Both the position numbers and the translations under genes were made by a program. A stretch of DNA of 64,000 nt, taken from positions 333,932,001 through 333,996,000 of the forward strand of contig OZ024742.1 of NCBI GenBank assembly GCA_964016885.1, read 5' to 3'. Positions 28,698-40,889 of this stretch are shown here, piece by piece (the stretch's first letter is position 1; the number at the start of each line of letters is the position of its first letter). The notes below the pieces were generated by a model. That model saw only the letters and a list, made by a program, of their open reading frames with translations. It was not told the DNA's origin and ran no database searches. This DNA is from Eledone cirrhosa (Eukaryota).

Positions 28698-30083
28698 TTT
28701 CATTTATTGGCCACAAGGGCCGGCATATAGGGGACAATACAAAAGACTGGGACAGTGGGGTTTTATAGAAAAATCGAGTAAAAATTATGAATAACAATAA
28801 CAAGTAACAATAACAAAGTAACAATAAAGTAACAATAACATTACAATAAGAAAAAATTCCCCAATAGGAGGGATGACCACCTAGGGCTCGCTCAGGTACC
28901 CCACCAGTCCTGAACGACCCCACGCTTCGAGAGAATCCTGGAAGGGCACCCCTCTCCTCTTCAAATTTACCTACCTACAGCCGCATGACCAGAGTAGGCC
29001 CACTCACACGGGCCATTCTCGCCACATTCACCCACCTTTCAGCAAATGTACTGCGGGGCAGCAGTTCTCTCTCCACCCTCACCTTCCTTTCCAAGTGAAA
29101 CTTGAAAAAGTTGATGAGGGATTGGCCGAAGAGAAAACTGTCTGTCTTCAGTCCTTTCAACTTCGTCCGCCATACAACCTCTTTCGTTACTGCCACCAGA
29201 CAGAGGAAAATTGCCTGCCCTTCCTGGCCAAAAGAAGGCGGCGGGTCGATCTTCATTATGGGCTCGGCCGATAGCCCGATCCGTTCTACACGCGACAACA
29301 GCTGTTCAACATAATTCCACAATCAGTAATGCACGGAGACTGGACGAGTGCGTGCAGAACGGTTTCGTCGCTCTGCGCGCATCTCGGGCAGGTCCGTCTG
29401 ACAGCACTTCCGTGTCTGTAGAGTTTATCTCGAACCGGCAGTGCCCCCGGTAGCTCTGCCAAGCGAGGGATTTTTGGAAATTATCCATCGTCCCCGGCTC
29501 GAAAGTCCTCCGGTACAGACTGGTTAGTTCGACTTCGTTGACTCCCAGAGCCTCTCCGAGTGCGGCGTCGCACTCGCCCACCACTAATCCTCTATAGAAC
29601 TCGAGAGTGGAAGTACTGACCGCATTGCCTGCCTGGTATAGGGCAGTGAATGCCTGGCAACATTCCAGATGACAGTCACCCAGTCTCGGTCTCTTCTTGA
29701 CCCAGGACTGCAACTCAGTCAAAGAAACGAGCTGCGGAAAGGCCCGTCTGACAAACGGCGACCACACCTGTTCACCGTTTAGGCAGAATATCTGGAGATG
29801 CCACAGCCTCAGCGCGTGCCTGCGCATCATTAGCCACGGCATGCCCAGTCCTCCACGTAGAGGGTGCTGACAGCAGATGGACCGCCTCACCAGCGGAACC
29901 TGACCCCTCTACAAGAATTTGAAGAGGAGCCGCTCCAAGATGGCGAGGCGCGAACGGGGGCAATGGGCGACAGTCAGACGGTAGTAGATGACGAGGTGAC
30001 GGGCAGGGTAGTCAGTCTCACCCAGAAATGGGCTGGGATGAAGCTATCACTGAAAGATCGGGCGGAGGTGGCGAACGCGTACA
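28643..30083 (-). mobile_element. 5'-truncated Tx1-clade LINE with 5' inversion, inserted in a SINE
   Basis: ORFs 29306-29890 and 28975-29322 homologous to 45224-46324; (ATT)n tail 28643-28695; inverted segment about 29992-30083. Confidence 0.88.
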
Positions 30084-30262
30084 TTTGGCACAAGGCCAGC
30101 AATTACCCAGTGCATTACTGGTACTTTATTTTATCGACCCCGTGGGGATGAAAGGCAAAGTTAACCTCGGCGGGATTTGAACTCAGATCATAAAGGGACG
30201 TAACTCTATGCTTCAACGCATGGTGTCCGACTCTCTACCGATACTGCCAATCCACCGCCTTG
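30080..30262 (-). mobile_element. MetaSINE-core SINE interrupted by the Tx1 insertion (tail part duplicated at 28570-28642)
   Basis: Complete head-to-tail SINE on the minus strand. Confidence 0.85.
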
Positions 30263-30274
30263 ATGATAATAATA

Positions 30275-30497
30275 ATAATTGTTTCTTATATAGGCACAAG
30301 TCCAGCAATTTGTGGGAGGGCGAAGTCGAGTAAATCGAACCCACTGCATTACTGGTACTTTATTTTATCGACCTCGGTGAGATTTGAACACGCCGAGGTT
30401 AGCTTTGCCTTTCAACCTTACGGGATCGATAAAATATAGTACCAGTAATGAACTGAGGTAATCGCTGGCCTTGTGCCAAATGTAGAAACATTATTAT
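30275..30497. mobile_element. Two SINE 3' halves joined in inverted orientation
   Basis: Minus-strand tail/core 30275-30390 then plus-strand core/tail 30391-30497. Confidence 0.7.
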
Positions 30498-30504
30498 TGT
30501 TTAG

Positions 30505-30569
30505 TTAGTAGTAGTAGCAGCTGCGGCAGTAGTAGTAGTAGTAGCAGCATCAGCAGCATCAGCAGCAGC

Positions 30570-30600
<31 letters not shown>

Positions 30601-30645
30601 GTAGTAGTAGCAACAGCAGCAGCAGCAGCTGTAGCAGCAGCAGTT

Positions 30646-30688
<43 letters not shown>

Positions 30689-30829
30689 CCACAGCAGCAG
30701 CAGCAGCAGTAGTTGTATTAGTAGTATTAATAGTAGTAGTAGTAGTAGTAGTAATAGTAGCAGCAGCAGCAGCAACAGCAGCAGTAATAGCAGAAGCAGC
30801 AGTAGTAGTTGTAGTAGTTGTAGTAGTAA

Positions 30830-30865
<36 letters not shown>
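30505..30865. repeat. (TAG)n/(CAG)n trinucleotide microsatellite
   Basis: Direct observation. Confidence 0.95.
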
Positions 30866-31646
30866 GCCACTTAACATTTTTCATTCTGCTTCTCAACTCT
30901 AGTCATTCTACTTAAATAACTCCTTCATCCATATTTCTATTTCTAGTTGTTGTAAATTGTTTTTATAGTCTTTATTGTAGTTGCTTGTTGTCGTGATGGT
31001 GATGTTGTTGTAATTGGAGGTTGTGAGGCCGTTGTCGTTGTGGTAAGCGGTATTCCTGTTGTTTTTGTTGCTAATTTTGTTGTTGTTTTTGCTGATGATG
31101 TTGTTATTGTAATTGCTAGTGTGTTTTTTATAGTAGTTGATGTTGTTTTTGTTGTTAATGGTGAGATTAATTGTTGTTATAGTAGTTGTTTGTAGTGCTG
31201 CTGGTGGTGGTGGTGATGGCTGTGGATATTCTTGTTGTAGTTGGTCGTGGTGATGACTGTTTCCCCTCTTAATCCAATTGTCATTATCTCTGAGATTCTT
31301 CAGTTTCAAGAGAAAAGAATAAATGGAATTGTATTCTACAGCGGTCTTTGACATTGAAATGGTTAAAAGAACAAAATAATAAAAGCTAAACTACATACAG
31401 TATTTTGATTAATTCATTATTCCCAAAAGAGGGTTTATTCTTTTCTATATCTGTATCATGACGCAGGATAAACCAGTAAACCTGATTATTTTCATTCTTT
31501 CTTTTTAATTTTGCAATATATCAAGCCACTTCTCCCATGGTTAGGCGTGAAAGTTAATAGCCCAGTGGTTAAAGAGGAAGTCACGGATTTAACTGGTGAG
31601 AAAAGAAGTTGGGAGTCCTACAGCTTAAAATTAAAAATGCGAGGTA

Positions 31647-32016
31647 CCGTATTTCTCGGCACCGAAGACACTTTCTTCCTCAAGGACGCACCCTAATTTT
31701 GACAACCAAAAATTTGAAAAGAAATAATTGTTTCTACTTTAGGCACAAGGCCAGAAATTTCTCCGTGCATTACTGGTACTTTATTTTATCGACCCCGTAA
31801 GGATGAAAGGCAAAGTCAACCTCGGCGGGATTTGAACTCAGATCGTAAAAGGACGTAACTATGCTGGAAAGCATGGCGTCCGACCCTCTACCGATACTGC
31901 CAATCCACCGCCCTTTGAAAAGAAATAATAAACAACCTTCGGCCTCCTGGACGCATGGTAGATTTTTGAGACTTATTTTAGGAAAAAAGTAGCATCTTCA
32001 ACGCCAGGAAATACGG
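31647..32016. mobile_element. Tc2/pogo-like MITE
   Basis: TIRs CCGTATTTCTCGGC..GAAGA and TCTTCAACGCCAGGAAATACGG; preceded by TA. Confidence 0.7.
31729..31913 (-). mobile_element. MetaSINE-core SINE, full length, with 16-bp TSD
   Basis: TSD TTTGAAAAGAAATAAT at 31713-31728 and 31914-31929. Confidence 0.92.
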
Positions 32017-32840
32017 TTCATTGCTTAGTGATGAAGACATGAGGCCCATTTGTTAGGAATAATGTTGGATGTCTCTTTGTTGAGAGAGAAGGTTAGTGGC
32101 TCACTGGAATTTGATGATGGCGCATGCCTCTAGGTTTATAATTTAATGTGAGTGGCATATTGGTTTGGAATGAATCCACAAGTGTAACTACTAAGGCATG
32201 AAGGTGCATGGTCCACCGGTTAGAAAAGTCTGTGAGTCACCCAATGGTTAGAGGAGGAGCTTACTAACCCATTAGTTGAAGGTCGATAGCCCACAGTTTT
32301 GGGATGAACGTGCTAGGCCTCATTGGTTAGGAGGGAAGGGCATGACCTCACTATTTAGAAGAGAAGGTTAATGCCGCAGTGGTTAGGAGTGAATATCAGT
32401 AACCTCACTAGTTAGAGATTAAGGAGCGGGATATCCTTAGTTAGAAGAGATGATTGGAGGCCTCATTTCTTATAGATGGAGGTGGGTGGTATCACTAGTT
32501 AAACATGAAGGTGCCTGGTTTATTGAACAGAGATGAAGGTGGGTATCAATCTGGTTATAAATGAAGGATGGTAGCTCAGTGCTTAGCGATGAAGAAGCTA
32601 GTCCTCACTGACATGTAGGTGGGGGGCTAGGAGTCAAAGTTTCATTGGTTAGAAGTGAAGACGACAAGCCTAGAAGTCATGAGTGAAGGCACGTAGCAAA
32701 CTGAATAGGGTTGTGTGCTCACGACCATAATGTCCTGGATTCGAATCCCGATCTACGTTTAAACCATAAAAGCATGGAAGAACGTAGTTAAAAACAGTAA
32801 ATTCCCCCTTCTGTCATTCTCTACCTTTCTCCCGCCCCCC

Positions 32841-32901
<61 letters not shown>

Positions 32902-34431
32902 AACTTTGACTGTGGCCTCTGTGGTATTCTGACAATTATAGATAAATATGTGATTTAACTCTATCCCTCTTTGGGCAAAATATGGAGCTAACTTACCGGT
33001 TTTGAATTTCATTTAAATATCATACAGGGGAGATAATTATAGATGAGGGCTATTTGCGGCCGCTAAATGAAATGCGTTTGCTCAACGGATTTCTTTGACT
33101 TTTATATATAGGCCCACAATGCATCTTTAGTTGTTTATCCGTATATAGTGTAATGGTTACTGCAGTTCCCAGTTCATTAGGAACCATTCCAGATAAATGT
33201 TATATGTAAGCCACGAATATATCCAACCTATAAACTTGTATAAACCTGGTCTTTCTAACAGACTTGTCTACATAATTCTGCACGGAATTATGTTTTGATG
33301 GATTAATCCGTCTAAAATAAATTTCAAATCAACAAATATCGAATATTACATTTTTCAATTCTTACATCCACTCACAATTATCACTATATGGACTATTTAC
33401 ACATATCGTAAAGCATAAACATATCATTACCTATAAAAACACCATGACCGCCATTAACATATCATTTAAACTATCAACTATCATTGCTTCTATTAAAAAC
33501 GTTATTACAACTACAGACACTAATACATGATTTACATTATTATACTTCAAATCCAATATAATCTTCGTTAAAACAATTATATGATTCTGCTTCCCTGTAT
33601 ATTGGCAAAAGGCTGGATAGCTCCTGTTCAAACGCCATTGATTACAGGTCTGCTCAATCAAGGATAACCTGCGACTAAACCACTTCAACCACCACACAAG
33701 GTATTCCACCTGTACCAATACCCTCACTACTACGGCCATATATGACGCTTTAACGCAACTACACATACAGCTCCATAACTTTCAACGATCAGAATACATT
33801 GCCAAGCCACAACAACAAACACCACTGCATCTACCACTCAACTACAAACTCTAAATAAATAACACTTCACCATCACTCCATTAATACAACTATCAGGTTT
33901 ATCACAGCTTTCCAAATAACACTCATACTATCCTTTGTTATTACTTATCATATATACATGGTTATTTAACCAGCTAGTAATAGCAGTAAAATCTCCCTCA
34001 AATCACACGCTGCCGTTTTAAGCATCATCAATATATCCCTCTACAAAGATGAGATGGTCTCGGCTTGAATACCTTTCGACATAAGTCTTCTCGATGAGGA
34101 ATGGACTAGAATTAAACAAGAAAAGTAATAATAAAATCCGATATCAGGTTTTAATAGAAATACAAAACGTGTTATGAATAATATTCCCTTCCACTTTACA
34201 TGTGCACAGGCATGGGTGTAGGCGTCTGTGAGTGTTAGTGTCACCCGAGGATCGGTAAACAGAAACTACGAGTAGTGAATCACGAATCCAACCTTTAAAT
34301 AAATACTAGACTACTCTAGTATGGTCTTGAGTATTTTTTCACTAATTTTCAATTCACACCACAAGCACCTAAGGCTACACACAAAAATATGCACATGCAT
34401 ACACACATTAATTAAATATATATAGATTTAC

Positions 34432-34463
<32 letters not shown>

Positions 34464-34471
<8 letters not shown>

Positions 34472-34827
34472 AAAAAGAGATGAAATCGAAAATGCAACTG
34501 AAGTCTTATTTTTTTTTTAAATATATATATTTATTTGGTTCCTTTACCGGTTTCGCAGTTCTTCTGCTTTTCAAAAGGTGAGTTGAGATGGAGGGTCTGT
34601 GGTTTTTCTCACAGATGTGAGAAAAACCACAGACCCTCCATCTCAACTCACCTTTTGAAAAGCAGAAGAACTGCGAAACCGGTAAAGGAACCAAATAAAT
34701 ATATATATATTTTTAAAAAAATAAGACTTCAGTTGCATTTTCGATTTCATCACTTTTTCTTTATACTTCCACTCGTGTAGGAGACCTCGGTTATTTTTCA
34801 TTTTGTAAAAAAAACCTCACTTTCTAA
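34464..34827 (+). mobile_element. Near-perfect fold-back element (150-bp arms) with two mirror U3-A8 hammerheads
   Basis: Arms 34464-34613 and 34616-34765, 2-nt spacer, extra tail to about 34827; (TA)n flanks. Confidence 0.85.
34651..34688 (+). ncRNA. Minimal type-I hammerhead ribozyme, U3-A8 variant (mirror copy 34541-34578 on minus)
   Basis: CCUU-UUGAAAA-GCAG(AAGAA)CUGC-GAAAC-CG-GUA-AAGG; all three stems pair. Confidence 0.82.
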
Positions 34828-34847
34828 TATATATATATATATATATG

Positions 34848-35284
34848 AGGGTGTTAAAGTTTGCTTGAAGCATTGTGAAATGTGTAAAATACGTAGTTAA
34901 GAAAGCCACAACAATGCAGAGGGAAATCTCGAGGTAGGAAGTGAATGATAGATAGGAGAAACAGGTGAAAGTGAAAATTGAGAGAGACAAAGATGAAAAC
35001 AAAACAAAGGTAGAAGGGTTACCGTAGTGGAGATTTAATCCCAATATTTCGGGCTCACGCCCATCAACGGGGGAAAAGTTCCAAAAGGGGGGGAACAGGC
35101 CAAGCGGAGAAAGTTGTGATGTCGTTAAGACATCACAACTTTCTCCGCTTGGCCTGTTCCCCCCCTTTTGGAACTTTTCCCCCGTTGATGGGCGTGAGCC
35201 CGAAATATTGGGATTAAATCTCCACTACGGTAACCCTTCTACCTTTGTTTTGTTTTCATCTTTGTCTCTCTTAATTTTCACTTT
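34848..35284 (-). mobile_element. Fold-back element (156-bp arms) with non-canonical hammerhead-like motifs
   Basis: Arms 34968-35123 and 35129-35284 with one visible mismatch; motif at 35178-35213 (+) and 35039-35074 (-). Confidence 0.8.
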
Positions 35285-35464
35285 GGACCCGACGGCAGAG
35301 CTCAAGCCGTTTCGATGGCTATCTCTGGACTAAAAATAACCGTCGAAACGGCTTGAGCTCTGCCGTCAGGGTCAAACATTTTCCAATTACCCACTCTACT
35401 ACCCTAAGTTTGAGTACTCTGGTGCGTTGTGGTCCACCTGGTTCCTTACCACACCTCCTTCGTT
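35285..35464 (-). mobile_element. Fold-back family A, copy 4
   Basis: Same sequence and hairpin; short arm truncated by the adjacent element. Confidence 0.82.
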
Positions 35465-35495
35465 ATATATGAATATGCATATATGTATATATAGC

Positions 35496-35526
<31 letters not shown>

Positions 35527-35551
35527 TGGTGTATATATATATATATGCATA

Positions 35552-35600
<49 letters not shown>

Positions 35601-35672
35601 GGAATAGAATGAAACGAAATTGCATTTCTCACTCTTAGTACGGCACGTATTTAGTACGGCACTTACATACAC

Positions 35673-35738
<66 letters not shown>

Positions 35739-35747
35739 TATATATAT

Positions 35748-35941
35748 AACGAAGGAAATGTGGTAAGGAACCAGGTGGACCATAACACACCAAAGTACAC
35801 AATACTTAGGGTAGTAGAGTGGGTAAAAGGAACGAGTAGGTCCCCGACGGCTGAGCTCAAGCCGTTTCGACGGCTAATTCTGAACTGAACAGAATTAGCC
35901 GTCGAAACGGCTTGAGCTCAGCCGTTGGGGTCCTACTCGTT

Positions 35942-35946
<5 letters not shown>
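35748..35946 (+). mobile_element. Fold-back family A, copy 5
   Basis: AACGAAGGAAATGTGG start, hairpin, ends TTCCTAT then (TA)n. Confidence 0.85.
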
Positions 35947-35989
<43 letters not shown>

Positions 35990-36527
35990 TGTAAATGAAA
36001 GTGAGAAGCATATGACTATCAACACGATAGCGGTCATTATCCCCCCAGCAGCACAATAGCGACTAACACCTATACCAGTACAATCAGAAGCTTCAGTATT
36101 ATACACTTGCCACCACTACCAACAACACCACAATAACCCCGACCATGACCACCATCACCCTTAACACACCCATCACCAGCACCAAACCCACCACGAACCC
36201 CAAAGCCACAATCATTGAAAACAAAAAGGCACACAATCTTTACAATGGCATCACCAACACTATTTTAACATGTACTACCAATTTCTAACATTATCAGTAT
36301 CATTGCCAGCATCATCACCACTATACCCAACACAACTATCACTGGCCCTAACACCACCATCGCCCCTCCTAACTCACCATCCCTACAATCATCACTACCA
36401 CCGCTACCACTAGTGCCACCCCGACCACCACTACCACCAACAGAAATGTTAAGTTGAGTAATCCTGACATATCTTAGCTGCAGGGCTGAGAGAAAATAAA
36501 TAATCCTAAATAATTGTTGTCAATACA

Positions 36528-37245
<718 letters not shown>

Positions 37246-37497
37246 ACACCGCCATACACGTACAAAATCATCTGCACATATATACATGTTCATACATACA
37301 TACCTGGAAGAACACCTGAAAAAGCAGATATTTCATACATATATACTCTTTCACCTGCACACGCATATATCTGTAGATGTACACACAGACATATGCTTAC
37401 ACACATATACATTCATGCATATATACCTGCGTACATACATGTATGTATGTGTGTGTATATATGTGATTGTAAGTGTGTGAATATATATATATATATT

Positions 37498-37553
<56 letters not shown>

Positions 37554-38179
37554 CACGCATACCTATACATATGTAACTGGTGAACAACAGAAGAACGTCG
37601 GTAACATATGGTTAAGACAGGGAAGAATTAAGATGATCATCACTTTGCTACGTCCTAACCTGGTGGTGGTGCTGGTAGTGGTGGCGGTGGTAATGTTGTT
37701 GGTGGTGGTGGTGGTGGTGCTGGTGGCGGCGGTAGTTTTGGCGGTGGTCGTGGTCGTAGTCGTGGTCGAGCAGGTGGTGGTGATGGTGGTGGTGTTAGTG
37801 CTGGTGGTGTTGGTAGTGTTTGTGGTGGTGGTGTTGGTGGTGGTGGTGTTGGTGGCGGTGGGGGTGATGTTGGTGTTGGTGGCAGTGGTGGTGGCGGGTT
37901 GATTGGGGAGGTATGATGGAGTTGGCCGTGGTGGCGGCTGTTAAAGTGGGAGTAGGGCCATCGTCGTCGTTATGAATATGACAGCTGTGTGATGTTGATG
38001 AAGGTGGTAGTTGAGGTGCTGCTTGTGCAGGTGGTGAATATGACGTATTGAATAATATATGAAAGCTGAACGCAACCATTGGAATTCCAACACAAACCAA
38101 CGATACACCAACATTCTCTTCATCGCCACTCTAAACTAATATATAGCTGCTTCATAAAGAACACCCATAGTAACAACGA

Positions 38180-38900
38180 TAATAATTGTTTCTACTTTTG
38201 GCACAAGGCCAGTAGTTATCCCAGTACGTTACTGGTACTTAAATTTATCGACCCCGTAAGGATGAAAGGTAAAGTTAACCTTGGCAGGATTTGAACTCAG
38301 AACGTAAACTATGGGACGTAACTATGCTGGAAAGCATGGCGTCCGATCCTCTACCGATACTGCCAATTCACACGATAATAATTGTTTCTCCATTTGGCAC
38401 AAGGCCAGCAATTGTACCAGTGTATTACTGGTACTTTATTTTGTCGATCCCGTAAGGATAAAAGGCCAAGTTAACCTCCGCGGGATTTGAACTCAGACCA
38501 TAAAGGGCTGTAACTCTTTGCTGCAAAGCATGGCGTACGACCCTCTACCGATACTGCCAATCCAATGGCGAACAATAATTTCTTTTTTTTTTTTGCTTGG
38601 GGACAATCTATTGAATAGACCCCACTGCGGGATTTGAATTCCGAACATAGACAATTGTAACTAAATATACGAATCATTTTGTCCGAAGCTCTACCCATAC
38701 CGCCAAATAATAAGGGTTTCTGATTTAGGCAAAAAGCCACAAATTTTGGAGGCGGGGAAAGTCGATTAAATCGACCCAGATACTTTATTTTATCGAAACC
38801 GTAAGGATGAAAAGCAAAGATAACCTCGGCGCAACTCAGAACGCAAAGGGCCATAATTCTATACGCAAAACTTGGTGTCTGACGCTCTGCAGTAATACCA
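38180..38900 (-). mobile_element. Cluster of about four tandem MetaSINE-core SINEs
   Basis: Units near 38180-38372, 38378-38565, 38620-38703 (partial) and 38710-38900. Confidence 0.82.
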
Positions 38901-39277
38901 AAGCCCCATATCGCATGACTATGAAAACACTTCACCTGTTTATACATTGGTTCTTCATAATATTCATTTTCAAAACTCCTCAAATACCGTTTGATTGGGT
39001 AAGAAAAAGGTTGTCCCTGTAGTGTTTACTTGCAAAATCATTATATGCTCTTAAAAGTGTTATCACTTGTTCATTATCCAGCTCACAGAGCATATACACT
39101 GTATCAATGTTCATGTCGACGTGTATCACTTTTCGCGAGTTTTGTAAACCTAATTTCGAATGTCTACCAGCTGTTTGGTTTTTAACGAACATTAAACATT
39201 TGTTTGAAGAATATATACTCTTCTCTTTTTTCTCTCTATTCCAACAGATATCTGCTGGGATATATATTTTTCTCTTT

Positions 39278-39505
39278 GGAGCGGTGGATTAGCAGTAACG
39301 GTAGGGCGCCAGAAACCATGCTATGCAGCATAGAGTTAGGGCCCTTTATGTTCTGAGTTCAAATCCCGCCGACGAGCTTAACTTTGCCTTGTATCCTTAC
39401 GGGGGTCGATAAAATAAAGTAACAGCCACGCACTAGGGTCGGTTTAATCGATTTTGCCCCTTCCCCTCAAAATTGCTGGCCTTGTGCCTATAGTAGAAAT
39501 CATTA
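39278..39505 (+). mobile_element. MetaSINE-core SINE, full length
   Basis: Head, B-box, core and tail present. Confidence 0.85.
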
Positions 39506-39680
39506 TTATCATTATAATATATTATCATTATAATATATTATTTTGATTACTAAAGGATAGAACTGGTCGCTCTGGTAAGCATATCATGATAAAACAAATC
39601 TTCAAAGCACTCAACGTTATGCAATTCATCGATTGTAGATGTAGTATCAAGTTGTTGGTGCAGGAACGGAGTAAAGTATT

Positions 39681-39999
39681 TATAAAACGACAACAGAAGG
39701 CCGGGCGGGAAGATATGCTTTAAAATTTATTTCTATGAAATCACTAGAGATATTTCAGTGGCTCAGCCCCATCATAGAATTTTGAGTCAAATTTAATAAT
39801 TTTCAATTTCCTATTCTGTTTTCCCTATCTCCCATGATAGGTTTCGTTTTAGCATAACCCTGTTATGTAATTCTGTCGAAGATCGTCCTGTCTTGCATCA
39901 TAATTAGATGATAAAGCTGACCCCTTGAATTATATATAGTGATTTCTCGAAATAAAAATGTTAAATCATATCTTCAAGTCCGGCCTTCTGTTGTTCTTA
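39681..39999. repeat. Diverged inverted repeat (about 90-bp arms)
   Basis: ACAACAGAAGGCCGG..GAAGATATG..AAATCACTA at 39681-39775 mirrored at 39906-39999. Confidence 0.7.
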
Positions 40000-40008
40000 T
40001 ATATATAT

Positions 40009-40161
40009 ATAGGAAAATGTTTGACCTCGACGGCAGAGCTCAAGCCGTTTCGACACTGCTGTCGAGGTCAAACATTTTCCTATTACCCACTCTACTACCC
40101 TAAGTATTGAGTACTCTGGTGCGTTATGCTCTATCTGGTTCCTTACCACACTTCCTTCGTT
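40009..40161 (-). mobile_element. Fold-back family A, copy 6 (hairpin centre deleted)
   Basis: Same ends as other copies; (TA)n flanks. Confidence 0.85.
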
Positions 40162-40185
40162 ATATATATATATATATATATATAT

Positions 40186-40845
40186 TAGGATTGGTGCTCT
40201 GAAATAGCGATGTATACATGCATGTATTTATAGTATATTTGGTGATATAATGTGTGTTTAATTAAAAACATTTCGAAGACCTTGTGCTATTTTTTTAAAG
40301 TGGTGACTATGTCACTTAGGGAGATAAACTGACATATCTGTTTCACACTCTTGGTGTTCATCAGAGCAACGCACTCGCCGACCTCTGCCGAAAATTATAG
40401 AGACTGGATTCTTATAGAATTCCAGTAATAATCAGGAACTGATTATACAGAGCAATTGCCGGTCCAGCTTATCTCCCTTCATTTGGTGAAAAAAGAAGTA
40501 AGTGACATATTCACTACTTTAAAATTATAACGCAAGTTTTCAAAATGTTTTTAATTAAATATACAGTATATCACCAAATATACACCGGCAATCGCTCTGT
40601 ATAATCAGTTCCTGATTATTACTGGAATTCTATAAGAATCCAGCCTCTATAATTTTCGGCAGAGTTCGGCGAGTACTAGGCTCTGATGAACACCAACAGT
40701 GTGAAACAGATATGTCAGTTTATCTCAATTCCTTTGCTGAAAAAAGAACTAAGTGACATAGTCACCACTTTAAAATAATAGCGCAAGGTCTTCACAATCT
40801 GTTTAATTAAACATACAGTATATCACCAAATATACTGTACTTACA

Positions 40846-40850
<5 letters not shown>
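40186..40850. mobile_element. Non-coding hammerhead element: partial tandem plus inverted copy (retrozyme-like or PLE pLTR derivative)
   Basis: Inverted arms 40232-40463 and 40584-40836; spacer 40466-40583 is a direct repeat of 40717-40835. Confidence 0.8.
40681..40718 (+). ncRNA. Canonical type-I hammerhead ribozyme (mirror copy 40329-40366 on minus)
   Basis: CU-CUGAUGA-ACAC(CAACA)GUGU-GAAAC-AGAUAU-GUC-AG. Confidence 0.85.

Positions 40851-40889
<39 letters not shown>

Larger units (their letters stand above)
31525..32690 (+). repeat. Degenerate tandem array of about 28-bp units, consensus roughly TGAAGGTGCATGGCCTCATTGGTTAGAGA
   Basis: Recurrent TGAAG...TGGTTAG at about 28-bp spacing (e.g. 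32031, 32059, 32170, 32198); interrupted by a MITE at 31647-32016. Confidence 0.75.

Noticed and set aside
30494-31354. Poly-L/T/A/N ORFs
   Set aside because: Trinucleotide low-complexity tracts with no domain or splice support.
31525-32690. CRISPR-like appearance of the 28-bp periodic array
   Set aside because: Units are contiguous and degenerate with no unique spacers, no cas genes, and a eukaryotic context.
33050-33900. Possible decayed PLE RT on the plus strand
   Set aside because: Only vague motif resemblance; no continuous translatable signature.
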